Assembly (NCBI GenBank): GCA_951406725.2
Contig: OX597832.1
Location: 55,986,001-56,050,000, forward strand
Direction: 5' to 3'
From: Octopus vulgaris
Lineage: Eukaryota
Length of the DNA stretch: 64,000 bases
Shown here piece by piece: positions 13,137-27,891 of this stretch (positions are counted from its first letter, which is position 1; each line of letters begins with the position of its first letter). Position numbers and translations under genes: made by a program. The notes under the pieces were generated by a model. It was not told the origin of the DNA. It saw only the letters and a list, made by a program, of their open reading frames with translations, and did not search any database.

Positions 13137-13929
13137 TCAAACACATAGGACGTGCTTTTTTACCCAACCAACTCTTTACTCTTTCCCTTTTTCTTCTGCT
13201 CATCGCACTATATTCCATGTTTTAGACTCATCCAGCAGTCATTCAGTTATCTCGCACACACACACAACCCCCCCACACACACACACACAGCAACGCGGAC
13301 AGGTGGAGTAAAGTGTAGAACTGCACTCTATACACTTCCGGTGAAACTGGTGGCGCTCAGAGACGCGGATTTTTATAGGATTTTTACTGTATCTTTCGCT
13401 TGAATAAGAAATACTTAGTTTCAACGCTGTAAAAATATTAATTCTGGTTGTTTTCGGTTGTGAAAATGGTGAAATTTAGCAATTCGAGCTAATATGGCGC
13501 GATAATTTTCGTTCCCTTTTAGTTTAGCTAAAAATAAACATGAAATATTTGTAAACAGAAATATCGCACAATGTCGGCGTCAAAGCATCTAGTGACTTTT
13601 CTAACGCATGCGTAGTGAAGATAAATGTTTGTAGCAATTATATGCTTCTGTAATCAATAAATCGCGCTCCCTTTGCGTCCCTAATGAATAAATGCTTGGT
13701 TAAAAATCGATATTAAATTAAGAGATAATAGGATGAACCCCCAGCAATGTGAAATGAAAGAGGTGTTTGTTGGAATTTACGGCAAGTTTATCACGGAGAG
13801 AGGCCTTGCTCGACTGAAGTTGACAGCATGTTCATCTTGAAAAGAAGTCTTTCTCAACTTAAATCGACAGTAATTTCATCATGAAACAAGCTCTTACTCA
13901 ACTTATTCTATAGCAAAGTCATCCTTACA

Positions 13930-14014
<85 letters not shown>

Positions 14015-14021
14015 CTATTTA

Positions 14022-14246
14022 CTATTTTACTCTTTTACTTGTTTCAGTCATATGGCAGCGGTCATGCTGGAGCACCGCCTTTAGTCGAGCAAATCGACCA
14101 CAGAACTTATTCTTTGTAAGCCTAGTACTTATTCTATTTGTCTCTTTTGCCGAACCGCTAAGTTATTGGGACGTGAACATACCTGCATCGGTTGTCAAGC
14201 GATGTTGGGGGGACAAACAGACACACAAACATATACACACACATAC

Positions 14247-14290
<44 letters not shown>

Positions 14291-14730
14291 GACGGGCTTC
14301 TTTCAGTTTCTGTCTACCAAATCCACTCACAAGTCTTTGGTCGGCCCGAGGCTATTGTTTGCCAACCACATGGTTCCGCGTTCAGTCCCACTGCGTGGCA
14401 CCTTGGGCAAGTGTCTTCTACTATAGCCTCGGGCCGACCAAAGCCTTTTGAGTGGATTTGGTAGACGGAAACTGAAAGAAGCCCGTCACATATATGTATA
14501 TATGTGTGTATATGTTTGTGTGTCTGTGTTTGTCCCCCCCCCCCCAACATCGCTTGACAACCGATGCTGGTGTGTTTACGTCCCCGTAACTTAGCGGTTC
14601 GGCAGAAGAGGCCGATAGAATAAGTACTAGGCTTACAAAGAATAAGTTTTGTGGTCGATTTGCTCGACTGAAGGCGGTGCTCCAGCATGGCCGCTGTCAT
14701 ATGACTGAAACAAATAAAAAAGAGTAAAAG
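14022..14730. mobile_element. Head-to-head inverted pair of SINE B copies
   Basis: - copy 14022-14353 directly abuts + copy 14356-14730. Confidence 0.9.
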
Positions 14731-14855
14731 AAAAAGAGAGACCTACGTCAATAAACAACTATTGTTCCCGAAAGTGGTTTTTTTTATATCGAAGCATACT
14801 AACTTCCTACACTTTGATCCTTGGAGCTTACCTTATGTACATATATATCTATCTA

Positions 14856-14920
<65 letters not shown>

Positions 14921-15158
14921 TGGGGTTGGACAAAATACTGGACTATAATAGAAGGCACTTACGATTGCGCAAGTGCCGAATAGTTGAACTGAACTCAAAA
15001 CGGCGTGTTTGAAAAACGAACTTCTTAATCACATAGCTATTGTTTGCACCCGGAGCGAACGAACAAGATAGATAGATTGGTAAACAGACAGATAAATGAA
15101 TAGATGGATAGTTAAATAGACAGATAGAGATATAGATAGATAAATAGTTATATAGACA

Positions 15159-15212
<54 letters not shown>

Positions 15213-15215
<3 letters not shown>

Positions 15216-15466
15216 GAGAGTTTACGAAAAAAACAAAAGACGAAGACAGGTGGTGTACAAAACAAACAGATGTATTAGTATAACGCTCAGGAATAGAAAA
15301 AGTCTTTTACGTTTCGAGCCTACGCTTTTCTACAGAAAGGGACACAGAAAAAACAAGGAGAGAAACAAGAGAGAAAAAATGTGTGTAGTGGCTAACGACC
15401 TATCATGGCGACTAGTATATATATGGCGACTAGTATATATATGGCGACTTGTATATATATGGCGAC
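15213..15466 (-). mobile_element. PLE terminal repeat family 1 with HHR (15304-15339) and a repeated ATGGCGACTAGTATATAT end
   Basis: CTTT-CTGTAGA-AAAGC-GTAG-GCTC-GAAA-CGT-A-AAAG on the minus strand. Confidence 0.75.
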
Positions 15467-15502
<36 letters not shown>

Positions 15503-16756
15503 CAGGGGTTGGACAAAATAATGGAAACACCTAGCATCATAACATCATAATTTTGAAATAACTATGAAATGATCAAAAGCTTCTTTACTTTTGTTTTTTG
15601 ATTTATTATTAGAGTTGTTTAATATGTTTTGCTAAAATTGCTGTTTCTTTTCAGATATGGTCAGAAAAAAGTAATTAAAATTCATTAAAATGACAGATCT
15701 ATCGGACTTTCAAAGAAGTCAAATTGTTGGTGCTTGTATGGCAGGCGCTAGCGTAACGAAAACAAACGAAATGTTTGGTGTATCAAGTAGTACAGTCTCG
15801 AAAGTAATGACAGCCTTTGATAAAGAGGGAAAACCCCCTCGTCGAAACAAAACTCCGGAAGAAAACCAAACCTTTCAGATAGAGACCGTCGAACTCTTAC
15901 GCGAATTGTTAGCAAGAATTACAAAAGTACAGCTCCCAAAATTATTGCATAGCTTAATGACCACCTCGAGAGCCCAGTTTCCACAAAACCTGTTTGTCGG
16001 GAGCTGCACAAAGCCGGATTTCACGGGAGGGCTGCAATCAGAAAACCACTACTTTCAAAAACAAACGAAATAAAACCCTACAGAATTGGTCCCTAGAGTA
16101 GTGGAAGGATGTTACTTTCTCGGACGAGTCATCCTTTACCTTTTTTCCGAACACCGGCCTAGTATATGTGTGGAGACAGCCAAAATAAGCATTTGACTCA
16201 GACTGCCTTCTTCCTACTGTTAAACACGGAGGAGGATCTATGATGATCTGGTGGGGCTATATCTTGGAAGTCCGCTGGCCTAATGGTTTCCCTTCATAGC
16301 AGAATTAATAGTCAATTATAATAGTTAATTAATTTAAGCATTTTATCTGATCAAATTCATCCCATGTTTGCGAAATTGCTTCTGGAGGGAAACGCAATCT
16401 TTCAGAATGATAATACGCCAATTCGTACAGCTGAAGTTGTTACTGAATGGCACGAGGAATATTCTAGTGACGTTGAACATCTTATCTGGACACCACAGTC
16501 CCCAGATCTCAATATTATTGAACATTGTGGTGCATTTTAGAAAGTCAAGTAAGGAGTCGATATCCTTCAACATCATTACTACAAGAACTGGAGACTGCTT
16601 TAGCTGAAGAACGGACAAAACTTCCTTTGGAAACAATTCAAACTTTGTACGAGTAGAATTTTGTACCTGGTAGAATTCAAACTGTAATTACAGCCAAAGG
16701 CGATCCTACCCTTGTTTGAAATTTTAAGGTGTTTCCATTATTTTGTCCAACCCCTG
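15503..16756 (+). mobile_element. Tc1 DNA transposon (1254 bp), defective
   Basis: Perfect 30-bp TIR CAGGGGTTGGACAAAATAATGGAAACACCT; TA on both sides. Confidence 0.95.
15690..16710 (+). pseudogene. Tc1 transposase pseudogene
   Basis: HTH MTDLSDFQRSQIVG..., FSDESSF, DNTPIRT, WTPQSPDLNIIEH; several frameshifts and stops. Confidence 0.92.
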
Positions 16757-17023
16757 TATATGTAAACATACACACACATACACACACACATGTAATACTC
16801 TCCGTACAATTATGATATGAGGTAGTAATGGATTAATTGATAGTGTCGTAGTTTGGTCCCTTCCTAGATGTTTTCGACTCTTGAACAAAACCCCCAAAGA
16901 GAATTCTTGTCTTTAAATTGTAAGAACATCTCGGTTAATGGAAGTTTCTTAATTCGCTGCATTTCATGTCATACGATTGTGTACACACACGCATACACAT
17001 ACATACATACATATATACATACA

Positions 17024-17102
<79 letters not shown>

Positions 17103-17173
17103 GTATATATATATGTATATATATATATATATGTATATATATATGTATATATATATATATATATATGTTTATC

Positions 17174-17205
<32 letters not shown>

Positions 17206-17578
17206 CGCATGCATATACAGGTGCGCGTGCATGTATTATGTATAGCTATATGTATTTATATTCATATATATATATATGCGTTCATACATATGTTTATTAT
17301 AAATATATGCATATATATATATATGTTTGTGTATATATATACAGGTGTGTATGAGTGTGTGTGTGTGTGTGTGTGCGTGTGTGTGTGTATGTGTGTGTGT
17401 GTGCATAATGAGAAAGAGATCTATGTATGAAAATAATTGTCAAGGCCCTGTGCACATACCCCCACACACAGATTCACACACACTCGCACACGCAGATACG
17501 CATATATATACGTATTGGTTTGGTGATTCATATATATATATATATTTATATATATATTTATCAACATATATATGTATG

Positions 17579-17659
<81 letters not shown>

Positions 17660-17684
17660 GTATGTATACATATATATATATTTA

Positions 17685-17725
<41 letters not shown>

Positions 17726-18148
17726 CCACACACGCACACATGTGAGGAGCGTGTCGTTGCTAGTGCGCATGCGTATGCCTACGGCTATCTCCCTGCGGCT
17801 TTAAGCTGCAAAGCTAAGCTAAATACTGCGCTTCTTTCAAAAACAAAAAAAAAACAAGTGTTGAGACAGAAGCGAAAAATGATATTGTTTTTAGTGTTTT
17901 TTTTATTATATCATTGCCGCCTTTCCTATTGTTTAAGGTTTTGTTGTTTTTTGTTTTTGTTCTCGGTGGTGGTGGTGGTGGCAGTGGTGTTGGTGGTGGT
18001 GAGTGTTGTGGTGGTGGTCGCAGTGATGGCGTTCACCATTTTTGTTTTTTGTGTTCAACTCACGTACATTTTACAATGGCGATACATCCGGTTGAAGAGC
18101 TTGATTAGTGAGCAGCGCGTGCGTCCGTGAGTTTGTGTGTGTGTGTGC

Positions 18149-18213
<65 letters not shown>

Positions 18214-18718
18214 CGTGTGTTGCGTGTGCCTGGTTTACGAGCTGAATTCATTTCGGATCAGAATACCTAACTTGATTTGGAGGAAGAGAGAAATTGAGGA
18301 AAGGTGAGATATATATAGGGAGAAGAAAAAATGAGAGTGAAAGAGAGGTCCGGGAAGAGGGGAGATGGGAGGAGAAAGGGAGAGGGAGCGAGAAAGTCAG
18401 GAAGAAAAGAAGAAGTGAAAGTGAGGCAGAGAGAGAGTGAAGGGGAGAGAGAGAAAGAAAGACAGAAAGAAGGAAGGAAAGAACTTGATAGAGACTCTGA
18501 AAAAGTGAGAATGAGGTAGAGAGAGAGAGTGAAGGAGAGAGAGAGAAAGAAACAGAGAAAGAAAGAAAGAAAGAAAGAAAAAAAGAAAGAAAGAAAGAAA
18601 GAAATAAAGAAAGAAAGGAAGAAAGAATGACAGAAAGAAAGAAAGAAAGAAAGAAAGAAAGGAAGGAAGAACTTGATAGAAACTCTGCAAAAGTGAGAAT
18701 GAGGTAGAGAGAGAGTGA

Positions 18719-18758
<40 letters not shown>

Positions 18759-18799
18759 AATAGAGAAAGAAAGAGAGAAATAGAGAAAGAAAGCAAGCG

Positions 18800-18846
<47 letters not shown>

Positions 18847-19193
18847 GAGGAAGAAAGAACTAATGAGAAATTCCTAAAAGGTGAGAGAGAGAGAGGGAGA
18901 GAGCGAGTGAAAGAGTGAGAGAGAGAAGGAAAGAGAAAGAAGGAAAATGGAAGTAAAGTTAAAGAGGGAGAAAAGGATTCGAAAAAGGGAGAGGAAGGAA
19001 GAGGGATTAGAGAAGAGGATGAAGTGGGGAGGCGGGTTACAAAAAAATGTCGTGTGATTTGATAATGACGCCATCGGAATGAACTAAGTCCATGGTGATT
19101 GCGTATGCGCGTGCGCAATGGCACGTACGTGCGTGTACGTTTTTTTTTATGGAGGGAGTACGCATATGCACGTGTGTGTACGTGTGTGTGTGT

Positions 19194-19233
<40 letters not shown>

Positions 19234-19324
19234 GCAAAGCCGATGGCTAATATTAGAACTGTTGTTTTTCTTCCATTTCGAAACCGATAATATACGGAAA
19301 TTATATTCTTTCTGTACAAGATTA

Positions 19325-19890
<566 letters not shown>

Positions 19891-20367
19891 GCTAGTGCTT
19901 GCTATATTATTATTACTATTAATATTGTTATAATTTCTAGTTATTATATTTGTTATTGTTTCATAGTTTATATATCTGTGTGTGTGGTGGGGGGGAATAT
20001 AAATATGTACATATATATTGGTTACACTGTGGAAATAATTACCGACCGAATCACTCCAATGCATGCATTTCTGCATTGCAATGCAATAAACACCACTTAA
20101 TGCAGCCGATATTTTTTTTTCCCCAGAAACAACAAATTATTCATGCAACAACATGAAAATGCTTGGCCAAAAAGCATTCTGGCTGCTTCTAGTTTAGTCA
20201 AACCGGTGCAACAAACAAAAAAAACTAAAAAACCAAAACGTTTGCAAGTCTATCGCATACTGACTTCTGTGTTGTTTTCGTTGTTGTTGCTGTTGCTTTG
20301 GTTGTTGTTGCTGTTGTATCTATCGTTTTTGTTGCTTTTGTTCTTGCTGTTGTTCTTGTTCTTGTTG

Positions 20368-20444
<77 letters not shown>

Positions 20445-20494
20445 GGCGTTGGAGTGGCTGTGTGGTAAGTAGCTTGCTTACGAACCACATGGTT

Positions 20495-20752
20495 CAGAAC
20501 GTAGCGGCAGACGAAATACCTATTTCTTTACTACCCACAAGGGGCTAAACATAGAGCGGGCAAACAAGGACAGACATAGGTATTAAGTCGATTACATCGA
20601 CCCCAGTGCGTAACTGGTTCTTAATTTTTCGACCCCGAAAGGATGAAAAGCAAAGTCGACCTCGGCGGAATTTGAACTCAGAACGTAACGGCAGACGAAA
20701 TACCGCTAAGCATTTCGCCCGGCGCGCTAACGTTTCTGCAATCTCACCGCCT
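20495..20752 (-). mobile_element. SINE family A with tail-2 module and a restart of the body, adjoining a SINE B head
   Basis: Homology; plus-strand junction GAAATACC-TATTTCTTT. Confidence 0.85.
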
Positions 20753-20774
20753 TTGTTAGATAGATAGATAGATT

Positions 20775-20828
<54 letters not shown>

Positions 20829-20829
20829 C

Positions 20830-20868
<39 letters not shown>

Positions 20869-20884
20869 TAGAAGACAGACAGAC

Positions 20885-20967
<83 letters not shown>

Positions 20968-20969
20968 CA

Positions 20970-21402
20970 GACGATATTGTTTCATTGCTGCAATTATAGA
21001 TGCCGATCATAGTATTCTGGAAAATTAACGATTGGTTAAACAACAGACTGGATTACTGATGGATATGGTTGATATATTTGAAGGAAGGGAAAGAAGAAAA
21101 CGAAGGATTACCATGGCATGTTTGCTCAGGACTTCTTTGTCAAATGGATGAGACAGCTTTTGCAGTCTTTGAAGGGGAGAAATATATCCAATGCTCTCAT
21201 CACGATGGACATTGTCAGGTACCATAAAAAGCTATCCGAAAATATGCCGAGAATGAATAACAAGAAAGCAGCGTTACAAGAAGCGTGTAGAAAATATGGA
21301 ATTGGTTTTGATGACAACGACTCGAAGGCTATCTTATGGGATAGGCTGCATCCGTATATCGAAGATGCTGTAATTCCTGTTATTGCAAGAATGGCTCAAG
21401 AT
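20970..21402 (+). pseudogene. IS630-Tc1-mariner (Sailor/DD82E-like) transposase relic, central part
   Basis: RYCFIAAII...KDYHGMFAQDFFVKWMRQLL...NALITMDIVRYHK...VIARMAQD. Confidence 0.75.
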
Positions 21403-21421
21403 ATATATGTATGTATATATT

Positions 21422-21543
<122 letters not shown>

Positions 21544-21909
21544 TAGATAGATACACACATATATATATATGTATATATATGTATATATATATATGCATGT
21601 ATATATATATATATATATGTATGCATATATATATATATGCATGCATATATATACATACATACATAGATATATATGTTGATAAATATATATATATATATAT
21701 ATGAATCACCAAACCAATATGTATATATATATGTGTATCTGCGTGTGTGTGTGTATTTGTGTGCGCGTGTGAGTGTGTGTGAATCTGTGTGTGGTGGTTA
21801 CTGCACTGGATCTTAGCAATTATCTTCGTACATAGATCTCTTTCTCACTATGCACATACACATTCACACACACACATATACACACACCTGTATATATACA
21901 CACAAACAT

Positions 21910-21962
<53 letters not shown>

Positions 21963-21991
21963 TACATTCATAATAGACATATATGTCTGAA

Positions 21992-22031
<40 letters not shown>

Positions 22032-22033
22032 TA

Positions 22034-22454
22034 TATATTAATTATAATAAAGGGTTAATTGCAACAAGTTGCTTAAAACCACATACCGAAAATATTAGAA
22101 ATGGCAGCCAAATAGATCACCATTTCTCCTACTAGTAAAAAGTCTCCACAAACAAACAGAATTTGCAACCCGTATATGGTAAAGAGAAAGAAAATAACGA
22201 AATCCCAGCCTATTGGATTAATTATAGACGAAATCGTGCTATCTAGAAACGATTTTGTCTATAATTAATCCAATAGGCTGGGATTTCGTTATTTTCTTTC
22301 TCTTTACCATATACGGGCTTGCAAATTGTGTTTGTTTGTGGAGACTTTTTTACTAGTAGGAGAAATGGTGATCTATTTGGCTGCCATTTCTAATATTTTC
22401 GGTATGTGGTTTTGAGCAACTTGTTGCAATTAACCCTTTATTATAATTAATATA
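22034..22454. repeat. Near-perfect inverted repeat, arms of about 205 bp, 11-nt spacer
   Basis: 22034-22237 is the reverse complement of 22249-22454. Confidence 0.95.
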
Positions 22455-22545
22455 ATCCTTACCAAATATGGTCTTTTCCATACCGATAAAACTACTAGGT
22501 GAAATTTATTAATTTTATTAAATTAATTACATTTCACCCTTTTTG

Positions 22546-22616
<71 letters not shown>

Positions 22617-22620
22617 TTAT

Positions 22621-22929
22621 TACTCAGATTAGTCACTAATTGATACTGTCGAAGGTGATGTAAAAGGAGCGGTGGGTAGGGTGTACACAACCGACACTAC
22701 ATTCAAAGATGTACTTCAACGTTTGAAAGGTGCTTTTTTAATTATCTGAAAACAAATACTGTTCAAGGATGCACCGATAAAGTAAATAAGAATCTGAGAG
22801 AACTATATATGGGAAAACATCAAGATGCCAATGATGAAAAATGGGGATGGTTCAGATGAGGATATGGGTTCTAGTGGCCCCTCCGGTGACAAGGAAAGCA
22901 TTATTGAGGACTCTGATAATGATGATTAA
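22621..22929 (+). pseudogene. C-terminal part of the same Sailor-like transposase
   Basis: YSD*SLIDTVEGDVKGAVGRVYTTDTTFKDVLQRLKGAF..TVQGC.. plus acidic tail; resembles the SDLQPIExVWxxVKG motif. Confidence 0.65.
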
Positions 22930-23237
22930 AGATAAATTCAAATTTTCTTTTCTTTTAATTTATTTTTCTAGCAAATGGTCAAGATATTGTATCAATTCAT
23001 GATCATTAAAGGCGGTGCTCCAGCATAGCCGCAGTCAAATGACTGAAACAAATAAAAGAATAAAAGAATGCATTTGCCAAAATTTTGCTATCATAAACCC
23101 CTCGACTTTAGGGGTACCACACGACATCAGAGTCTGTGCTAAACTTTTTAACAAATTTTATTACACCCTCGATTCTGTCGCAGACTGTCAAGCTGTGGTG
23201 GTGGTGGGATGGGGAAAAAACACAGACACACACACAC

Positions 23238-23288
<51 letters not shown>

Positions 23289-23744
23289 AATTAAAACAGA
23301 ACACAAAGGATATCGCGGTACACGTGTTTCAAGCTTTATAAACAATCCGTTATTACATCAGTGTATTATTGATATAAAAGATGGTACAAAGCTCTCTTCA
23401 GCCGCAAACATTGTTAGTCCAAAGATTACATCACAATATAAAAATACAAAAAGTACATGTAATATTACCCATTATAATAGGTTTATCATATCTCCTTGAA
23501 AAAGTATATTTGTATAATTGCCTAATTGTATAAATGTATAAAGATTCATTGGATTTCGAAAATCTGCCCATACTGTATCACCAATCAGCATATTACTACC
23601 GCAGTCAATCTAAATGTATATATTTGTCGTTACCTGTCATAAATAGCCTTTTTCTATCTACAATATACATTTTCGTTGATTTTTCATATTTCACCCTTAC
23701 ATTTCCACGTGTATTTTATATTTTCTTTTCGTAACATATTTCTG

Positions 23745-23786
<42 letters not shown>

Positions 23787-23855
23787 GTTTAAATATTTGT
23801 TGTGCAAAATTTTTTATGTGAAGTCGTGTGTTGAAACAGATATTGTTGTATTTAG

Positions 23856-23922
<67 letters not shown>

Positions 23923-24026
23923 TAGATAGATATATAGATAGATAGATACATACATACATACATACATACATACATACATACATACATACATACGTACGTA
24001 CGTACGTACGTACGTACATACATACA

Positions 24027-24075
<49 letters not shown>

Positions 24076-24139
24076 TATATTAAATTAGAGAAACATACAT
24101 ACATACATACATACATACATACATACATACATACATACA

Positions 24140-24212
<73 letters not shown>

Positions 24213-24215
<3 letters not shown>

Positions 24216-24377
24216 TACGACGGGCTTTTTCAGCTTCTGTTTCACCAAATCCACTGACAAGGCTTTGGTTAGCCCGAGGTTATAGCAGGAGACAATTGCT
24301 CGAGGTACGATGCAGTGGCACTGAATCCGGAACCATTTGTTGGGAAGCAAGCTTCTTGTCGCACCGCCACACCTGCG
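24213..24377 (-). mobile_element. SINE B 5' half, diverged
   Basis: Homology. Confidence 0.75.
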
Positions 24378-24618
24378 CTTCCCTCTCTCTCTCTCTCTCT
24401 CTCTTGTTTCTCTCTCTCTGAAGTTCATTAACGATGAGAGAAAATGTGACACACTTGAAGAGAGAGACATAAAGCGGGAGAGGAAGTAGGAAGCTGAGTG
24501 AGATGACGGAGAGAGGACGTTTTCTTCGTGTAACAATCCGGTTTTTTTGTTTTTGCTTTCAATACCTCTTTAAGTCATCTACCGACCGACCTACATACCT
24601 ATCCATCAATCTAACCAC

Positions 24619-24690
<72 letters not shown>

Positions 24691-24954
24691 CCTACCTACC
24701 TACCTACCTACCTACCTACCTACCTACCTATCTATCTACCTACCTACTTACCTATCTATCTACCTACCTACTTACCTACCTACCTATCTACCTACCTACC
24801 TACCTACCTACCTATCTATCTATCTATCTACCTACCTACCTACCTACCTACCTACCTACCTATCTATCTATCTATCTATCTACCTACCTACCTACCTACC
24901 TACCTATCTATCTATCTATCTATCTATCTACCTACCTACCTACTTACCTACTTA

Positions 24955-24999
<45 letters not shown>

Positions 25000-25307
25000 A
25001 GAATAGTGGAATACAGACAGTGAGAAACACACGAGGAAAGAAGTGGGGATGAGAGGAATGGGTGACTTTGATGATGGTTTGAAACCTGAATAACGTATTC
25101 CTTCACATAAATAGTTTTTATTTGTTGTTTTTTTTTTAATTGTTTCTTATGCAAAACCTTTCTTCAGTAAAATTCGAATGCAATTTACAACAAATTCCAT
25201 TTCTGAATGAGTGTGGCACTGATTTCGCCCTCAACATTTCTCCGTTGTCGGTGATTAAGAGTGTATTCAAATTCAGAAGAATAGCTGAGATTTATGAGCT
25301 GCATCGC

Positions 25308-25364
<57 letters not shown>

Positions 25365-25402
25365 AACACACACACACACACAAACACAAACACATACACA
25401 CA

Positions 25403-25466
<64 letters not shown>

Positions 25467-25467
25467 T

Positions 25468-25498
<31 letters not shown>

Positions 25499-25505
25499 AA
25501 CACAC

Positions 25506-25542
<37 letters not shown>

Positions 25543-25712
25543 TCTGCCTCAGCCATCAGCGTTCGAATCAAAACAGACAATAACTATACTCTATTGCAGC
25601 ATTCTTTTGTAATATGTGAAAGCAGATTTTTTTCCTCCCATTACCTAAGTCGTACAATTTTTGGAAAAGTTATAGATTTGTATTTACGGTATCACTAAGC
25701 AAAATATCAACA

Positions 25713-25900
25713 TAGGCGCAGACATGGCTGTGTGGTAAGATGCTTACTTCCCAACCATATTGTTCCAGGTTCAGTACCACTGCGTGGTGGCACTTTTGGC
25801 AAGTGTCTTCTACTATGACCCCGGGCCGACCAAAGCCTTGTCACTGGATTTTGTAGACAGAACGGAAACTGAAAGAAGCCCGACATATATATATACATAT
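25713..25900 (+). mobile_element. SINE B 5' half
   Basis: Homology. Confidence 0.82.
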
Positions 25901-25934
25901 ATATATATACACACACACTCATACATACATATAT

Positions 25935-26275
25935 ACTCCTTCCTCTCTTTTGTCAAATCTTTCCATCCTGCCCTCCACTTCTGCACTATCTCTGACACCT
26001 CTGTCTCCTTTCTTGACATTTCGGTCAGCATTCATCACTCCACTCTCACCACCTCCATCCACTACAAACACACAGACTGGCACTCATACCTCAACTTCTC
26101 CTCCTCCCACCACAAATACACCAAGCTTTCCATCCCCTATTCCCAATTCCTCCGTCTACGAAGGCTCTGTAGTGACGGCCATGACTTTGAGACTCAGTCT
26201 CAACTCATGGCTTGCCACTTCATCCTACGTGGATATGCCCTCACCACTATCCACACCGCCCTTGCCAGAGCATCT
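25935..26275 (+). pseudogene. Penelope-like element reverse transcriptase (C-terminal/thumb) fragment
   Basis: SFHPALHF..SVSFLDI..HYKHTDWHSYLNFSSSH..KLSIPYSQFLRLRRLCS..F..RGY. Confidence 0.9.
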
Positions 26276-26399
26276 ATTCCAGAGCATCTATTCCATACTC
26301 TCTTATACACACGCACGCGTACCTTCGTTTTGGGATCACCACTACTTTATTATCTCCCCTTCTTCCTAGCTCTCCTGTGTGACCCCTCTGTCCGGCATT

Positions 26400-26558
26400 C
26401 GCCATGATAGATCGCTAGCCACTACACATTCCTTTTTTTCTCTCCTTGTTTCTTTCTGTGGAAGAGCGTAGGCTCGAAACGTTAAAGACTTTTTCACTTC
26501 CCGAGCTTTATACTAATACATCTGTCTTCGTCTTTTGTTTTTTGTGAATTCTCCCCCT
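26400..26558 (+). mobile_element. PLE terminal repeat family 1 with minimal HHR (26451-26488)
   Basis: TCTTT-CTGTGGA-A-GAGC-GTAG-GCTC-GAAA-CGT-T-AAAGA, downstream of the RT on the same strand. Confidence 0.8.
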
Positions 26559-26719
26559 ATATATATGTGTGTGTGTTTGTATTTGTGTGTGTTTGTATGG
26601 GTTTGTGTGTGTTTGTGTGTGTGTTGATATGTGTGCGTGTGTGCGCTTTTGTGTGTTCGTGCGTGTTTGTGTTTGTGCGTGTTTGTGTGTGTGTTTGTGT
26701 GTTTGTCTTTGTTTTTGTG

Positions 26720-26767
<48 letters not shown>

Positions 26768-26991
26768 TTTGTCTTTGTTTGTGTGTGTGTTTGTGTGTTT
26801 GTCTTTGTTTGTGTGTGTGTGTGTGTTTGTGTGTGCGTGTGTGTATGTGTGTTTGTCTTTGTTTGTGTGTGTGTTTGTGTGTTTGTCTTTGCTTGTGTGT
26901 GTGTTTGTGTATGTTTGTGTTTGTGCGTGTGTTTGTGTTTGTGTTTGTGTGTGTGTTTGTGTGTTTGTCTTTGTTTGTGTGTGTGTGTGTT

Positions 26992-27030
<39 letters not shown>

Positions 27031-27368
27031 GCGCGCGTGTGTGTGTGTGTATATGTGTGTGTGTGTTTAAGGGGAGACTGAAGAAAAACACTCCATCAAA
27101 GAAACAAACGGCACGAGAGGTTGTCTAAAAAAGAAATCCGTAACGGAAGGATTTAAGGGTTTAATTCCGGTCAGAGAATCGCATGGATTTCAGCTCCATT
27201 TCTATTTCTCTATTACATTTCAATTTATTCATTACCATGGAAATTCCTAAAATGATTTCTGTGTCTCTTAGTTAATTACTAAATTATTAAAACAAGATTA
27301 CACAGATGTCTGTTCTGTTCTGAAGTGCAAGCAGCGATACATTGCAATGATTTTTCATTCAGCCAGAA

Positions 27369-27571
27369 TACTCTTTTACTCTTTTACTTGTTTCAGTAAT
27401 TTGACTGTGGCCATGCTGGAGCATTGCGTTTAGTCGAGCAAATCGACCCCAGGACTTATTCTTTGTAAGCCTAGTACTTATTCTTTCTATCAGTCTCTTT
27501 TGCCGAACCGCTCAGTTACGGGAACGTAAACACACCACCTTCAGTTTCAAGCGGTGTTGGCTGGACAAACA

Positions 27572-27641
<70 letters not shown>

Positions 27642-27670
27642 CGACGGGCTTCTTTCAGTTTCCGTCTACC
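27369..27670 (-). mobile_element. SINE B 3' part
   Basis: Homology. Confidence 0.85.
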
Positions 27671-27891
27671 ATAAGATTTGGTGGTGTAGGTTTGGTATTT
27701 CATACACAAAAAGAATTCCATAAAACACCATGGAGTAATTTAAGTGAATTAATCCACTTAATTGATTCGATGTAAGAAAATACACGTTTTTTTTATCTGG
27801 AATTTCATTCATCCATAGGACGCATATACTCATTGAAAACAGAAGCAAAAATAAAGTACATCAAGGAAATCAACACTAATTTATAGCATGA

